Positions 11,773 to 25,166 of a stretch of DNA of 64,000 bases are shown piece by piece; positions within the stretch are counted from its first letter, which is position 1; each line of letters opens with the position of its first letter. Below the pieces are notes generated by a model that ran no database searches, had not been told where the DNA came from, and worked only from the letters and a program-made list of their open reading frames with translations. The stretch is from contig JBLDXI010000029.1 of assembly GCA_047495785.1 (NCBI GenBank), positions 2,108,001 to 2,172,000 of the forward strand, read 5' to 3'. The DNA comes from Lepidodermella squamata. Lineage: Eukaryota; Animalia; Gastrotricha. Both the position numbers and the translations under genes were made by a program.

Positions 11773-12788
11773 TCAGTTTATTTCATATCCAAAAATTCTA
11801 AAATCCTTTTCGTACAAGGTTTTAACGTTTTCGATAATTGCAGGCGGGATTTTCGACCGTAAAGCGGTGATAGCTCGCTGCTTTTCAGCCAAATTGTCGA
11901 ATCTTTGCGAGAGAGACTCTTCGTCCGGAGCTTTGAGAGCCAAATCAGGCTGGCGAAACAACTCGCCGGTCACATATCGCATTTCCGCAGTTAAATTTTC
12001 GAATTTCACGATGTAATCGTAACCAACGGAACACGGATCGCACAGGTCGACATACTTTGCCCCTGAAAAATTGCAGCCATAAATCCGGAAAATTTAAATA
12101 AAAACATGACGCATACAGTGAACATTATTCGAGACTTCTTCTGGAAATTGTTTCTCAACCAAAAGAAATCGGAAAAATTCTTCAAGAGTCGGCGCTCTTC
12201 CTTGAGTCAGATTTGTTGATTCCTCTGTTACTGAAACTATATATTGCGCTGTTTCCATGTCTTTCAAACCAGCTAAACGATGATGCCATGCTGATATTAG
12301 TCTATCAATGGGCTATTTTGATAAAAATTAGCCAAATTCGACGGTATTAGGCAGATTATTACCTCTCGAACAACTACAACTTTGCGATAAGTTTCCAGCT
12401 TTTCGATTCTTTCCGCCAATGGTAAGTTTATGAGTCTTTTCAGGTGCAATGTACCGGCTTTGTTGTCATCGTCAACCGTGTCGAGTAGATATTTCAAATT
12501 ACTAGATGCGACTTTTGGGATCCTAATAAAATTATTTCTAATCATCATCTTCGATTTGGGAGATTGGGCACCGACTCACAGGCAAAATAATGTTTTGTAT
12601 CGTTCGTTGTAGTAGGCCCATTTGTAAAAATTCGATTGATCAGGAATTGACGTATAATTCTGGTAACATCCGTAGATTTCCTTGCATTTTTCAGCTGTGG
12701 CAACACGCCGATAGGCAAAGCTATCGCTAAGGGATTCAGCTGCTATCAACGCTAGAGTACTTGCGAATGTAATCAAGATTGATACCAT
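11773..12788 (-). CDS. Carbohydrate sulfotransferase (Sulfotransfer_2), copy 3 (more divergent)
   Basis: FCLIPKVASSNLK, VVVRE/PIDRLISAW, LCDPCSVGYDYIVKFE, YEKDFRIFGY; same intron positions as copies 1-2. Confidence 0.8.
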
Positions 12789-13339
12789 GATACTTTCTCA
12801 ATAGGATAAGTAACTGCGTTACAAACCTAAAGCCAACGTCACAATTATGGATAACATCAGAAATGAAGACATATTAAGGAAAAATTGCGAAGGTATAGAG
12901 CCCATCTCAGCTCAAATAGATCATAACCAATTGCGTTTCGATCTTAGAATGAATGATGACATAACCTAGTCGAGCAAGCTTGCTTATGCCCAAGGACTGG
13001 AAGAGAACGTTGGGCAGGCCCAGGTTAGGGTGGGATTACTGTCATGCTCAAAGCTTACTGCAAAGCAAAAAATCTTAAAATTTATAAAGCGTCTGCAATG
13101 AAAAATGTCCAAATCGGGAAAAAATTGAAGAGACGCAGCTCGTGCTCTGTCTAATTTGGGGGTCTTCATTCGCGAACTTCTGGAATCTACTTGATTTCTC
13201 GTTCTCACAGTCGTTCAAACTTTCTGTAGGCATCATCAGCGCAAAACGACGAAAAATAACCAAATGATAATAATTATGATGATATTTTAAAGTACTCATA
13301 GATCTGAATGCAACTTCCCCATTTCCCTCGCTAGTTTTC

Positions 13340-13680
13340 GCCCATTTTTAGCTGAAAGGAAAACTAATTTTCCTTGCTTCCTTGTATGCTATCCTTTGTA
13401 GGGATAATTTGCCAACTGCGTGAGATTTATTTGCGAAAAATAATGAATCGCATTTTTACAGGCGTGAAAGGACGCGGGAGTCCCCATCAACCATCAATAT
13501 AAAAACGGGACATATAACCTCAATAGGCGTTTTAAATCTGTTCAACAAGCAGCGATTATCTAAAAACTTTCTACATACAGGAGCACTACTGCGCACATGA
13601 CCAGTTTTTTCGTTTTGAGTTAGGGAGAAATTAGGTCAACTAGAAATAGTAGAATATGGACGAGGTACGCGGCGGGCGAC
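13340..13680 (-). pseudogene. Orphan copy of the sulfotransferase upstream module with decayed first codons
   Basis: Matches 5040-5330 and 10910-11190 (ttgccaactgcgtgagatt...acaggcgtgaaaggac...ataacctcaataggcg...). Confidence 0.6.
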
Positions 13681-14756
13681 AACCATCATAGGTTTATATA
13701 CTCTAGAGGAAGCTACATAGTAAACATAGTAAACAGTAATTTTGCATAATAACACTTTTAAGTTGGATTTTTTAAAAGAAACGAGCGAAGCGAGCCATGC
13801 ATTTCAGCGTCCGAAAACCTTGCCCCGCCGTGAAACGCGAGCAAAGCGAGATGAGAGTCGAGCGTGGCGAGGTGGCAGTGTCCTATTAACTTTAAATTCA
13901 TCCTAAAATTAGCAAGGAATTGATCTTTTCCGCGACCGTTGAAAGCCCTATCGTCCGATTATTTCGGTAGAGCAAAGCTCAATTGATAATGTTTACTTCA
14001 AGGTCAACAACTTGCAATCACGAGAAAAGCCCTCTAGTTATCTCAATTTCTATTCCAGAATCGCAAAAATGCATGTCTGGAACTAATCAAAATAATTGAA
14101 ATCCCTGCTTGGATGAGTTAAAGCGAATGATTCTCAAAGATATTCGCTCATTTTTTTATGCTTTAGACAAAGAAACAGGCTGAGAAACTCCGAAAAATTG
14201 CACTTTTAGCAACGCGCGAAGTGGTTCAGAACAACCATATTGCAAATTTCGGGCTTTTTCGTTTTAAAATTGATTTTTTATTTCCGTGAAATTACTCTTC
14301 CTATGTGATTTTGTGCATTTTTAGGGGTATTTACCCACGTAAAACGAAGAGAGTAACAGCTTCCTTCCGAGTACTATGTAAAATAGAGCCCACGATACGG
14401 CTAGTTTCTCGGAAAACTCACATAATAAGCCTCGGCTTCGCCTCGTCTTATGAGAGTTTTTCCTTGAAACTGGCTAGGGCTCTATCTCTACATATTAAAG
14501 AAATTTCCCATTCGCTGATTTAAAACTAAATGAATTGTATGATGAAAGAATTGAAAAATGAAACAAAATGCATTCTTTCGTATTATCAGATCGGGAAAAT
14601 TTTAAGAGTGTTGAAGCCGTTGTATAGGGATCATTGCGGGGCGATATGTAAGTACTTTTCAGGTTTGCTTCTGTATCAAAAAAGGGTAGAGTTTTGGAAT
14701 GGCATGGGGCACGGGCAAACGTGGGCCTAGCCAAACTGGTTATAAATTGCCCCACA

Positions 14757-14834
14757 AAGCTATGGCGAAGGGATTCGACCGCTATCAATGTCAGAGTACA
14801 TGTAATCTGCGAATGTAATCAAGATTGGTACCAT
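14757..14834 (-). pseudogene. Frameshifted fragment of sulfotransferase copy 3 exon 1
   Basis: MVPILITFA...LIAVESLRHSF aligns to MVSILITFASTLALIAAESLSDSF with an indel. Confidence 0.55.
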
Positions 14835-15253
14835 TATATCTTTTAAATAAAATAGGCATATGCAGCACATACGGTTTCTATTAATACCTCAGTAATTCAC
14901 GCTGCAAGATAGTATGAAAAGCCTGTTTTTTTTGAAAAGATGGAAAACCCGTGGGCTTTTTTCGGATATTGATCTAATATTAGCTTTTTTGTCCTATCAA
15001 TGGCGCATGCCATCACCAGGTAACAATAACGCACCAGCTAGAAGATGCCCCAAAAATATCTAAACTTTTATCACCATTTTATCAGTTGCTTTGTTTCTTG
15101 AATAGTGTGGGTATTGACAGTTCATCGGATATGGTTCAGAAATTATAATTCTCGTAAATTATATAGCATACAAGCGCGTCGGTTGCACAATGGAAAGGTG
15201 GGGGGTATACAAGGTCGAAAAGCCAAGTCGGGCACGTTGGGCACGCTGATGTC

Positions 15254-15731
15254 AAAGGGCTACTTTCGATAACCGATGCGGTTTTTATACCAAAATGAAA
15301 TGCAAGCAATTTGCTATCAAATGAATATGGGGTTCTTGCGCGAAAAAAATGAAAACTTGTTACGCGTCCTCTAACTTCCGCGTGGTGGGGTTTCGCGCAC
15401 ATCTACGCATAGAAATTTGGGGTGCGCGTATAAACTTGACTTATTAATTTTAATTTTGTTCGTGCAAGAAGAGAGTTGATAGAGAGTTGTTTGAATTTTA
15501 TTTTGGTAAAAAACCGCCTTGCTTAGGGGGTGTTTTTTATTCACCCCGAATTTTCGGGTCGCCCACTTCTGAAGCTCATCTTGAAATGAAAATTTGGAGC
15601 TATGTAGAAGACTTCATTGCCCGGAAACCTCTGGTGTTTACATCGAAAAATCTGTCATCCTGTGCCTACACCTGATCTTCCCGAAATTCCGGGGTGAATA
15701 AAAAACACACCCTTATCGAAAGTAGCCCTTT
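15254..15731. mobile_element. TIR MITE (AAAGGGCTACTTTCGATAA termini), host of a nested MITE
   Basis: TIRs at 15254-15272 and 15713-15731; related copy at 30480-30756. Confidence 0.75.
15526..15712. mobile_element. PIF/Harbinger (Tourist-like) MITE nested in the right TIR of the host MITE
   Basis: TIRs GGG(G/T)GTGTTTTTTATTCACCCCG; TTA duplicated at 15523-15525 and 15713-15715. Confidence 0.75.
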
Positions 15732-16043
15732 ACGCATCCCAATTTCTTTTTTTACCGATTCCGCTAAAAATGAGAGTCGCAAAAAATGGTCCGATAGCCT
15801 GATATTTCACATTCTTCGCGTTTTTCATTAAATTTGTTCAGTGGTATCAGTGAAACACGAAAGTTAAGTGAAATGGTGATGAATTATTCAAACAAAAAAT
15901 CGACAAGCATTGAAAAAATCCATAAAATGAATGCGCGTGGAATCAGCCAATCAGCAAGTAGCATAAAGCATAAAATATATTTTGACATCATTTCAAGCAA
16001 GGTTTGGCACGACTAAATACACCCCATCTATCTATTGAAAAAA

Positions 16044-18054
16044 ATGCTGTTTTATATTTTCGTGATTTGTCTCCTACTTGGCGAGGTGGCCAAGTCTCAA
16101 AACATTACCTGCACCGCAGGTAATCTTGTGATCGACAATTTCGGGGTGATGAATCCGACAAGAGAGCTGGATGATTACATTAAATCGCTGCCCGTATTTG
16201 GTAACACGCGCATACCGCCCATTGATTACATGAAAAGTGACCGGCAAAAAGTGAACATCTATACGAAATTTTTTCTCTTCTCTCTGCCTGAAGTCAACGA
16301 AGTAAGCAACAGCCTCACAATAAAATCCGGTTTCCAATTCACGTGGTTAATGACCTCTTTGGGCTATACTTGGTCCTCCAAGCCGGGCATTTGCCTGATT
16401 CCGACCTATGTCATACCTCAGGGTAGGAGCTACATGTGGACGCCGAAGCTTCTGTCGGCTAAATTGCTTAATTTGGGCGATTTCGAGGACATGCAAGATA
16501 CGGCAAGTATTTCCATTTTATCAACTGGCGAAACTACATGGAGTCTGTTCGGCTCCTATCAATATTCATGCGTATTTAACCTTAGGGGTATGCTATGCAA
16601 TATTTGAATTCTATGGCTTTCTAATGTTATGATTCAGCATTCCCCTTTGATACGCAATATTGCACGGTCGAACTGCAGTTTGGCGCTGATTTCGGAACAG
16701 CTTACTTCTACGACGAGTTAGTTCGGAATTTCGACGATTATGCTATTAAGAAAATTCGCTTGTATTTGTTTAGTGGTGTCGAAGGGGCTTGCGCAGCCAT
16801 GTACACCAACCATTCACAATGGGAATTTCTCGGCTCTCGCACGTACATCACTGGTGGCCAATGGGATCAGACATTGAAGTGCGGATTGATCATCATGAGC
16901 TTAGAATTATGCTTATGAATGCTGATTTTGCAGGGTCGAATTGGTTTACCAACGAAAGCCGTTGTTCCATTTGATTTGGTAGATTCAGCCTACAAATCTC
17001 TTACATTTCCGTATAATTTGACTTGTTTGCAGTTTGGTCATTCCTACGGTTCTGTTGGCTGTTTCGGGGTGCATGATCTTCATAATACCAGGTATGCTAA
17101 ACGGGATAATCTCGCTTCTTGCTTCAAGCTAACATCTGTAATAGCTGATTCCGGCGAGAAAATGTGCGTCTGCTTTTCCATCTTGCTGACTTTCTTCTTC
17201 GTCTTCTCAACTATGTGCTCGACGATGCCACCGTCTGCAGATTCGACCTTGCCTGTTCTTTACATTGTACGTTTTCAGGGGAATACAGATCACTATTATT
17301 TGATATCATTATGCCCTGTTTTTCAGTATGTGTTGTCGCTTTTCGGAATCGCAATCTTAGCGTCGGTTCTATCAGCTTCGATTCTCCACTTTTCGGCCAG
17401 CATCAAAGCTGCCGTTGTCCAGCAAGAAATCGACAATTTAATTGCTGAGTCTAAGCTGCTTGAAAATCCTCGAAAATCAGACCTCAAACGCAATCAAATC
17501 AACTTGGTAAGATTTTTATAATTATTTTAAAATGTTAAGGCGGATTCTTTCAGATGGATATTGCGAACGTTCGCAACTTCCGCAACTCAATGGCCAATGT
17601 TTTCTACTCGAACCCGCTTGTTCCGACCTATCAAGCGAATATGGCACGTATGAGCATCTCCAGCCCGCCGCCTGATTACGACGCCTCGATGTATCCGAAT
17701 GCGCCATCGCAGAATGAATCAAAAGTCTTGACGAATGAAAAAACGCTGAAATGGGCGAAAATTTGCACTTTGGCGAATCACGTTGGCCTTGTTGCTTACA
17801 TGATCATGGTTCTGATCGCTACTGCTGTTTATTTCAATGCTGTCTACAATGAATACCGGCAAAATCAACCGGTTCGCGTCAACAACCCTCTGGCCAGGGT
17901 TTTCAAACTGAAAGACAATTACTATCTGTATCCGGTAACAGACCTTCAAACCTGCGGCTCGTGCAAAATTAACGGAACAACGGGCGGCATTTACTACATG
18001 AAAGGAGCTACTGGCAGCCCCGACACTCCGACAACTTGCGGATATTGGGATTGA
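16044..18054 (+). CDS. Orphan Cys-loop channel subunit, cluster gene 1 (class A)
   Basis: Spliced: signal peptide, WTPK, Cys loop CVFNLRAFPFDTQYC, QWEFLGSR, QRKP, PADSGEK-M2, M3, M4, post-M4 CxxC...C domain. Confidence 0.85.
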
Positions 18055-18301
18055 TTTCCAAACTGGCTATGTTTTATCCTGACTTCGGTGAATCTAAAAA
18101 ACCTGTCCTAATTCCGTTATGACATTCTGTCACCCCAGGGATTTATTGTTTTGTTTAAAATTATGGATTTCAACTTCAGTAATTATTAATTGTAGCTAAG
18201 TGGTTGAAAGCATGCAATGCGTGGATGTCTATTCTGGCGTGTGAAATACAGTTCTCGTGAATAAATTGTGGAATTGCCAAGTTTCGTTTTTTTATCGGTT
18301 C

Positions 18302-20680
18302 ATGACTATGGCGAGGAGACATATAGCTAAGTTTCTCGCGCTGCTTATCCTGGTCGGCTCAGGTAGTGGCCAAACTGACACCACTAGCTCGATTTCAACT
18401 AGTTCTGCTGCAAGCACTCAATCCACGGCTTCAGGTTCCACGCTAACCCAATCGGTTAGCTCGACGTCAACAGTATCGTCTGCCTCTGTTTCGAGTGGGG
18501 TATCCGTTTCTTCTGCCAGTGGACCTACTGTGGCTAATGCGGGCGCGGCTCAAACAACACCAGGAGGAGCAGGAGCTTCTGTTGGAACATCAGGGGGCAA
18601 CGGAGGAGCAACAGGAGCTCCAGGGGCAGGGGCTAGTGGACCAGGGGGAAATGGCGGTGGAGGGGCTGGTGGACCAGGGGGAAATGGTGGTGGAGGTGGT
18701 GGAGGGGCTGGAGGGCCAGGGGGAAGTGGTGGTGGAGGTGGTGGAGGGGCTGGAGGGCCAGGGGGAAGTGGTGGTGGAGGCGGTGGAGGGGGACCTGGCG
18801 GTTCTGGAGGTGGAAGCTGCCGCTCGACGGATCCCATGTGTCCGCCACCTGGTTGCGTGAGTCTCCAACAGGTACAGCAGACCCCTGCAATCAAAAATTA
18901 CCTCCGCGGCGGGACGCTCAATCTCCAAATCAATATTGACGAATATCTGAAGAATAACTCTGTTCTTGGCCTACCAGATGCTCGCGATATTCCACCTCTG
19001 AGCCGATCACTAGGCTTTACCAATGTAACAGTCGATGCTTTGATTTTCGTTAACTCTTTACGAAGCCTTAACGAACGTGACAACAGCATCACGTTAACTG
19101 GCGTTCACCAGCTCCAATGGGATGCCTCAGCTGTCGGTTTGAAATGGGACAAAGAGCCGGCCATTTGCAGCATATTGTATTACATCGTTCCTAAAGGAAA
19201 AGACGTGCTTTGGACACCGAAATTAGGACCAGCGTAAGTTCCGTGTTCAGTTAACCGTGTTGATATGATGCAATATTCTTACAGTAATGTTATCAACGTC
19301 GATGATTATCGAGATGCCATGGAGAACGCCCCGCTTGAAGTAAGTCGCTCTGGCACGTTGACGTGGCGCATTTACGGTACGTTCGAGTACTCATGCGATT
19401 TCGATCTTACGGCATTCCCTTTCGACACGCAACGCTGCTATTCCGATGTCATACCCCTCGCTGATTTGGAATACGTCTTCTTCGACACAAGGTAGTTTCA
19501 GAATTACAATGTTAACCACCTTTACTTGTTTGTTGCTTAGGTACATAAAACCGGGCTGTACATCAATGTATTCGCCAGGTGTGATGTGGGATTTGCTCGG
19601 CACTCGACAATCGGTTATTCTTACCGAAGGTCAAAGCATTGTGAGGTTCGAAGTTATCTTCAAAAGAAAGCCTCTCTACAGCCTTTTAAGTCTTGTCATT
19701 CCCACAATTCTTCTCGGATTCTCAGGCTGTACAGTATTCCTGATACCTGGTAACACAAGTCTCCCCATCCCACCAGCAAAGTATTTATTTCGGTTTTCTT
19801 ACAGCTGATTCTGGAGAGAAAGGCGGAGTCTGCTTCAGTGTTCTACTGACCTTCTTCGTCGTTTTCTCAAGTGTCGCTAGTACGATGCCGCCGAATAGCC
19901 AAAACATGCCTGTGTTTTACATCGTAAAATTGTTATATTTTAAATTTCACCCGGCAATTTTTTCGATTTTCAGTACCTTCTATCCCTGCTAGCAACATCT
20001 ATTCTGGCCTCCCTCTACTCGGCTGTAATGCTGCACTTCTCACAATGCATCCAGAAATCTGCTGTAGATCAGCGAGTCGAAAAAGTCCGCAAGGAGACTG
20101 GTCTAGATAAGATTGAGGAAGACGAAAAGCGAAAACAAATGAAACCTGCGCCGCCCGAAGTTCAGATGGGAAATGTAAAATTCATAATGTCCACTCTTTG
20201 TCTTACATTAAGACTCTTCAATTTAAGCCTGGAATGCAGGTACCTGATGGCCGCAAAACTATCTATCGCAGGGGTGTCTCAGGAAGGATCATTCGAATGC
20301 CGCCTCAGAGTCAGGCCCCCATGTACAACCACATGGAACAACGTGAGCTGGACCTCAAATCGCTGCAAAAGGAAGAAGACGAAAAAACAATGCTGAAACA
20401 GCGGGCTATTATGGCTGTTTGGATAGAAAGGGCTAACATTGCTGGAATAATCGTGTATCTAGCTGCTTGGCTAATCTTCACAATCATTTATTTCGGTTAT
20501 TGTGCCGACTACAAGAACAAGAATTACGTAATTGAGCCACAGGACGACCCAGTGGCTCGAACCTTCAAAATGTTCGGCAACATCTACTTCGAGCCGCTTA
20601 CGGATACTAATTCTTGCATGCACTGCAAAATGGACCCGATCACGCAGCGAGTGCTTAACGGCAGCATGTGCATTCAGTAA
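18302..20680 (+). CDS. Orphan Cys-loop channel subunit, cluster gene 2 (class A) with Ser/Thr- and Gly-rich N-terminal extension
   Basis: Signal peptide, S/T-rich and GPGG-rich tract, CDFDLTAFPFDTQRC, KRKP, PADSGEK, post-M4 CMHC...C. Confidence 0.85.
18620..18815 (+). repeat. Coding minisatellite encoding GAGGPGG(N/S)GGGGGG repeats
   Basis: Imperfect units of about 33-42 nt (ggggctggagggccagggggaagtggtggtggaggtggtgga). Confidence 0.85.
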
Positions 20681-21347
20681 AATGAAAATGAAGTAAAAGT
20701 ATAAAGACAGATATGATTAAATTTAAAATGTGATTAATCGACCAATAAAGTTGATTTTTCATACAATCCTTTTTATCGAGTTAATATTTTGCATTTTAAT
20801 CTTCTGAAAGAAATGAGTTGCAGCAATTCGGATTGTAATTGGCAGGTAATTTTACGGATTTTTTTGACTTCATGTATTATGTGGGTTCAACCCCCGCGGT
20901 TATGAAAAAAACCGTGTTTTTAATTTAATTTAACGAAACCCCCGTAGCAGAACCCCCGTTTAACGTAGCAAACCCCCGTTTTCCCCAATCCCAGGAGCAA
21001 GCATGATCTTCATCTCGATAATTTAAATTCGCACACTTGTGGGCGCCTCCGGGCATGATCCCACGTATCACTCTCGACCTATTAACGGATTTGGCATTGG
21101 AAATAACAGTTGACAGGATAAAATACCAAGGGATCTTCAATTCGAAATAAGTGGGTACTTTTTGCCCTCGTATTGCCCTCGTATTCATAGACAAAATCTG
21201 AAATGTTTTTTCACGGCAAATTTCCAGAAGAGGTGGATTTAAATATTGAATTATTCATAGCACTTAGTAACCACCGCAGCACTCCCAAATCAATAAAACA
21301 GAAAAAGAGTTGTTCACCAGATTTTTTTCCAACTGCACTGAGTGAAA

Positions 21348-23344
21348 ATGACTGAAATGAAGTGTGCATTTTTTCTGCTGATATCGGTTCTGGTACCGAA
21401 CAGCATCTTTGCTGGGGATACGATTCCACCTTGCGTTACTGCGCAGACATATGGTTACCAACACTTCATTGACCCGACGACTGGCACTATGAATTTTATA
21501 TCGGCAATCGGCGATTATCTCGACAATAACACTGTTAACGATGTGAACGTCCCACCTTTGAGCATTTCGCAAAGCATCGACTCAATAATGATGATCCCGC
21601 GCATCTACATCAACTCGATTCAAGAGGTGGACGAGAGGCACAACACTATCAAGTTCGTTCAAATGATGGAATTTACGTGGAACGCCGCCATCCTCGGATT
21701 CAAATGGGCCGATCAGCCTGGCATCTGCGAAATTCCAGCCTATGTTATACCGGATGCAATCACGGCGACGTGGACTCCAAAAATAGCTTCAACGTTAGTA
21801 TTTTGCACTTGACACATCTCATGATTTCTCTCTATCCATATGAATTTTGCAGAAATATGATAAATATCGCGGACTATCAAGATGCCCTCGAGCACGCTCC
21901 TATTACGGTGTCGTCTATGGGCGATATGACGTGGAGAATTTTCGGAACCCACGCGTACACTTGCGACTTCGACCTCACAGGTTTGCTCATTACGAGTATC
22001 ACTCCAGAATCTCCTTCACTGTTTTTTTACAGCCTTTCCCTTTGACACGCAGCGCTGTAGTATCATGCTGATCCCTATTACTGATGTCTACAACGTCTAC
22101 TTCCAAACTATGTGAGCATTTGATAGTTAACAAACGAGTGTTGATAACGTCGATATTTCAGGTACATCGAATCAGCCTGTACAGGTATGTATGTAACCAA
22201 CAGCCAGTGGGAACTTCTGGGATCTAGATCGGCCGTTGACAACGCTGTTGAATTCCAGAGAGTTGCCAAGTAAGTCTCGTTCGTTATGTATTTGGTGACT
22301 CTCAATCTCCCTTATCAGGTTCGAAATGATCGTGAGGCGCAAGCCGTTCTTTCATCTCATCAGCCTGATCATACCAACGATATTGCTAGCTTTCACCGGA
22401 TGTACCATCTTCATAATTCCAGGTCAGTCTTTTCAATTACTCCACTCCTATTTCGAGTATTGCCAATGAAATTCAGCTGATTCCGCTGAGAAAGGCTCAG
22501 TTGCCTTTGCAATGCTGCTGACGTTCTTTATCATCTACTCGACCGTTGCGAATGTCATGCCGCCAACCAGTGAAAACATGCCAGTTTTCTACTACGTATA
22601 GCGTAACAAATTTTGGTTTTCAATTTCTTTTACGTTCTGTTTTAGTACATCCTTGCCCTATTCATCATTGCTGTGGTGTCATCCCTGTATTGCGCAATTG
22701 TCCTTCACTTCTCGGCCGCGATCAAATCATCTATAATTGACGAGGAAATTGACGAAATAATGACGAGAACTGGTTTGAATAAGGTCGCGGCGAAGAAGGA
22801 AGAGGAGAAACGCAAAGCATCACCCCGCCCAATCAGCAACGAAAATGACCGTAGACCTTCAGGAAAAATTAAGCAAGCATCGATGATCCTGCAGCCTTAT
22901 GGAACTCTGGAGCCTCAACAGCCCTACTACCAAAACACGTATCCGGCTCCTCGAAAACAGTCAATGGTGAAGCCCACGGAACCTGTAATGCCACATGTGA
23001 ACAATCCCGACAAGGAACGGGAAGAATTCGAGGCTAGACAGGACAAAATCGCGAGATACACTAAGCTGGCGAATAACATAGGTTTGGTGGTCTATATAGT
23101 TGCTGTGGCCATATCTACGATCGCTTATCTGGGCTACGTCTACAACTATCGCAATACAAACGATGCCGTCATCACAAATCCTGATCAAGTCTACCAGACG
23201 TATCGGGCTAAATCGTTCAAAATGTACAACAACACGTACATTGTACCGGTTCAAGAGCTGATGTCATGTGCAAACTGCTTCTTGAATCCGACAACTTTCA
23301 AGTTCGACGAAAAACATAAATGTACCCACAGGGATAAATCGTAA
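21348..23344 (+). CDS. Orphan Cys-loop channel subunit, cluster gene 3 (class A)
   Basis: CDFDLTAFPFDTQRC (spliced), QWELLGSR, RRKP, PADSAEK, post-M4 CANC...C. Confidence 0.85.
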
Positions 23345-23470
23345 AACTGGAAGTCTGACACTAAGAAAAATTTACCGAAAAAAACGATGAATAGATTAAG
23401 CATCAGTTACTTATTTATGTAGCTAGGAATAAATAAATCTTAATCTTTGATATTTTAGGTAATTAAAAAG

Positions 23471-25166
23471 ATGTTGAAATTGTGGGCTATTATCGGCCTG
23501 TTGTGTGGATCTGCAATGGCAGCGTTGAACAATACTGACAATCCTTACCTGGCCTATCTTTACGGTTACACAGCCGGAAATAAAACAGTCGACCCAGCAC
23601 CCCAAATGCGAGTAAATGTTCCTCCGCTGAACTTCATCGCCGGGATAACAAAGGTCAAGGTGCAGCTGCAAGTATGGCTTGAAGCTATCAGTGAGGTTGA
23701 CGAGGCAGCTGGCGTTTTCTCAATCGGCGCTATGCTGGCCTTCATCTGGAACAACGCACCGAGTGGATTCTACGTGCCGACCGGGGCTTCCACGTTCACA
23801 GTTGCCGATCCGCTGAATACGATGTGGACGCCGAAAATTGTCATTGCAAATCAAATCAACGGCGATGCTTGGAAGAATGCCATTGAAAAATCACCGGTAT
23901 TTCTATCCCCGCCATCATTAGCCCATTGGCACATGTTCAACACATATGAGCTGTCTGTAAGTTGATAATATCTCATTTTTCAAGCTGGTTATATACATTT
24001 TAAACTATAGTGTAACTACAGCCTGAGAGCCTATCCTTGGGATGTTCAAAGATGCCGTATGGGCTTCTTCTTCACAGCTGACTTTGGCTTTGTTGACTTT
24101 GATGTTGACGTCAAGTTTCCTGTTTGTCGAAAGGTAAGACTTTAATATTTGACAAGTACGCCCAATACAAATTGTCTTTAGTTTTACACGGAAAACTCGC
24201 AATGGGAGTTCTTAGGAAGTCGCAATTTTCTACTGATGTACGATCCAAAAATTGGCGTGCAGCAGCTTGTTGTCGAATTCATCATGAAACGCAAATATCA
24301 ATTCTCCGTTATGAGCTTTGTCATTCCTATGGTCCTCCTCACCCTGACAGGTAGGCTATTGGAGCTCAAAATATAAGTTACCATCCACCCTTTGTACAGG
24401 CGCATGCATTTGCTTGGTTCCACCCGATAGTGACGAGAAGAGTGAGAATTCCAAATGCTTATATCACACATAATTAATCCTTTTTTCCAGTGGGCATTTC
24501 GACAACAATTGTGCTAACATTTTTCGGTAATTCAAATTCTGACATCAAGCTTCCATTTTGATTTTGATTTTTTACAGTCATTTTCGGAAGTATGGCTACG
24601 TCGTTTCCAGCGACATCGGACATCGAGCAGTTACCCTTGCTCTATTGGTTGCTTTTCACATTTTTCTGCATGAATCTCGTCAGTTCGATCTACGCTGCTG
24701 TTCTCCTACGCTTGTGCGACTACGTCGAGGCTACGAAATCGTCAAAGCTATTCGATTGGGTTACGCGAATCATCAAACCAGTAATTTTACTTTTCTTCTC
24801 AAATCCTTATGTCGGCTTTATGATCTATAGAGCTCCAATCAAGTGCAAGATGTTAAAACTGCCAAGGAGGAAGTTGATGATGAAAGGAAGCGCGAGGCTG
24901 TTCGCAAGTTTTTGCATCATGCAAACCGCGGAGGTGTGATCGCCTACATGATAGCAACTTCGATTGCTATTCTAGCCATTGGCATCATGTTCAAAATCGA
25001 GATTGACAAGAATACGGTGATGAGCCATCCGAAAAGCGCAGACATGTTCGTCGTCGACGGCATCACCTACTACAAGCCCCTCCAGGAGATGGCTAAATGC
25101 ATGGTGTGCGTGATTGATCGCAACGACACGCAGCTGATTTGCGATTACTCTTCGATGGGGAAATGA
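23471..25166 (+). CDS. Orphan Cys-loop channel subunit, cluster gene 4 (class B)
   Basis: Signal peptide, CNYSLRAYPWDVQRC, QWEFLGSR, KRK, PPDSDEK, short M3-M4 loop, post-M4 CMVC...C. Confidence 0.85.

Noticed and set aside
18550-18894. Poly-proline (formin/WASP-like) ORF on the minus strand
   Set aside because: It is the antisense mirror of the Gly-rich repeat in channel gene 2; no independent gene structure.
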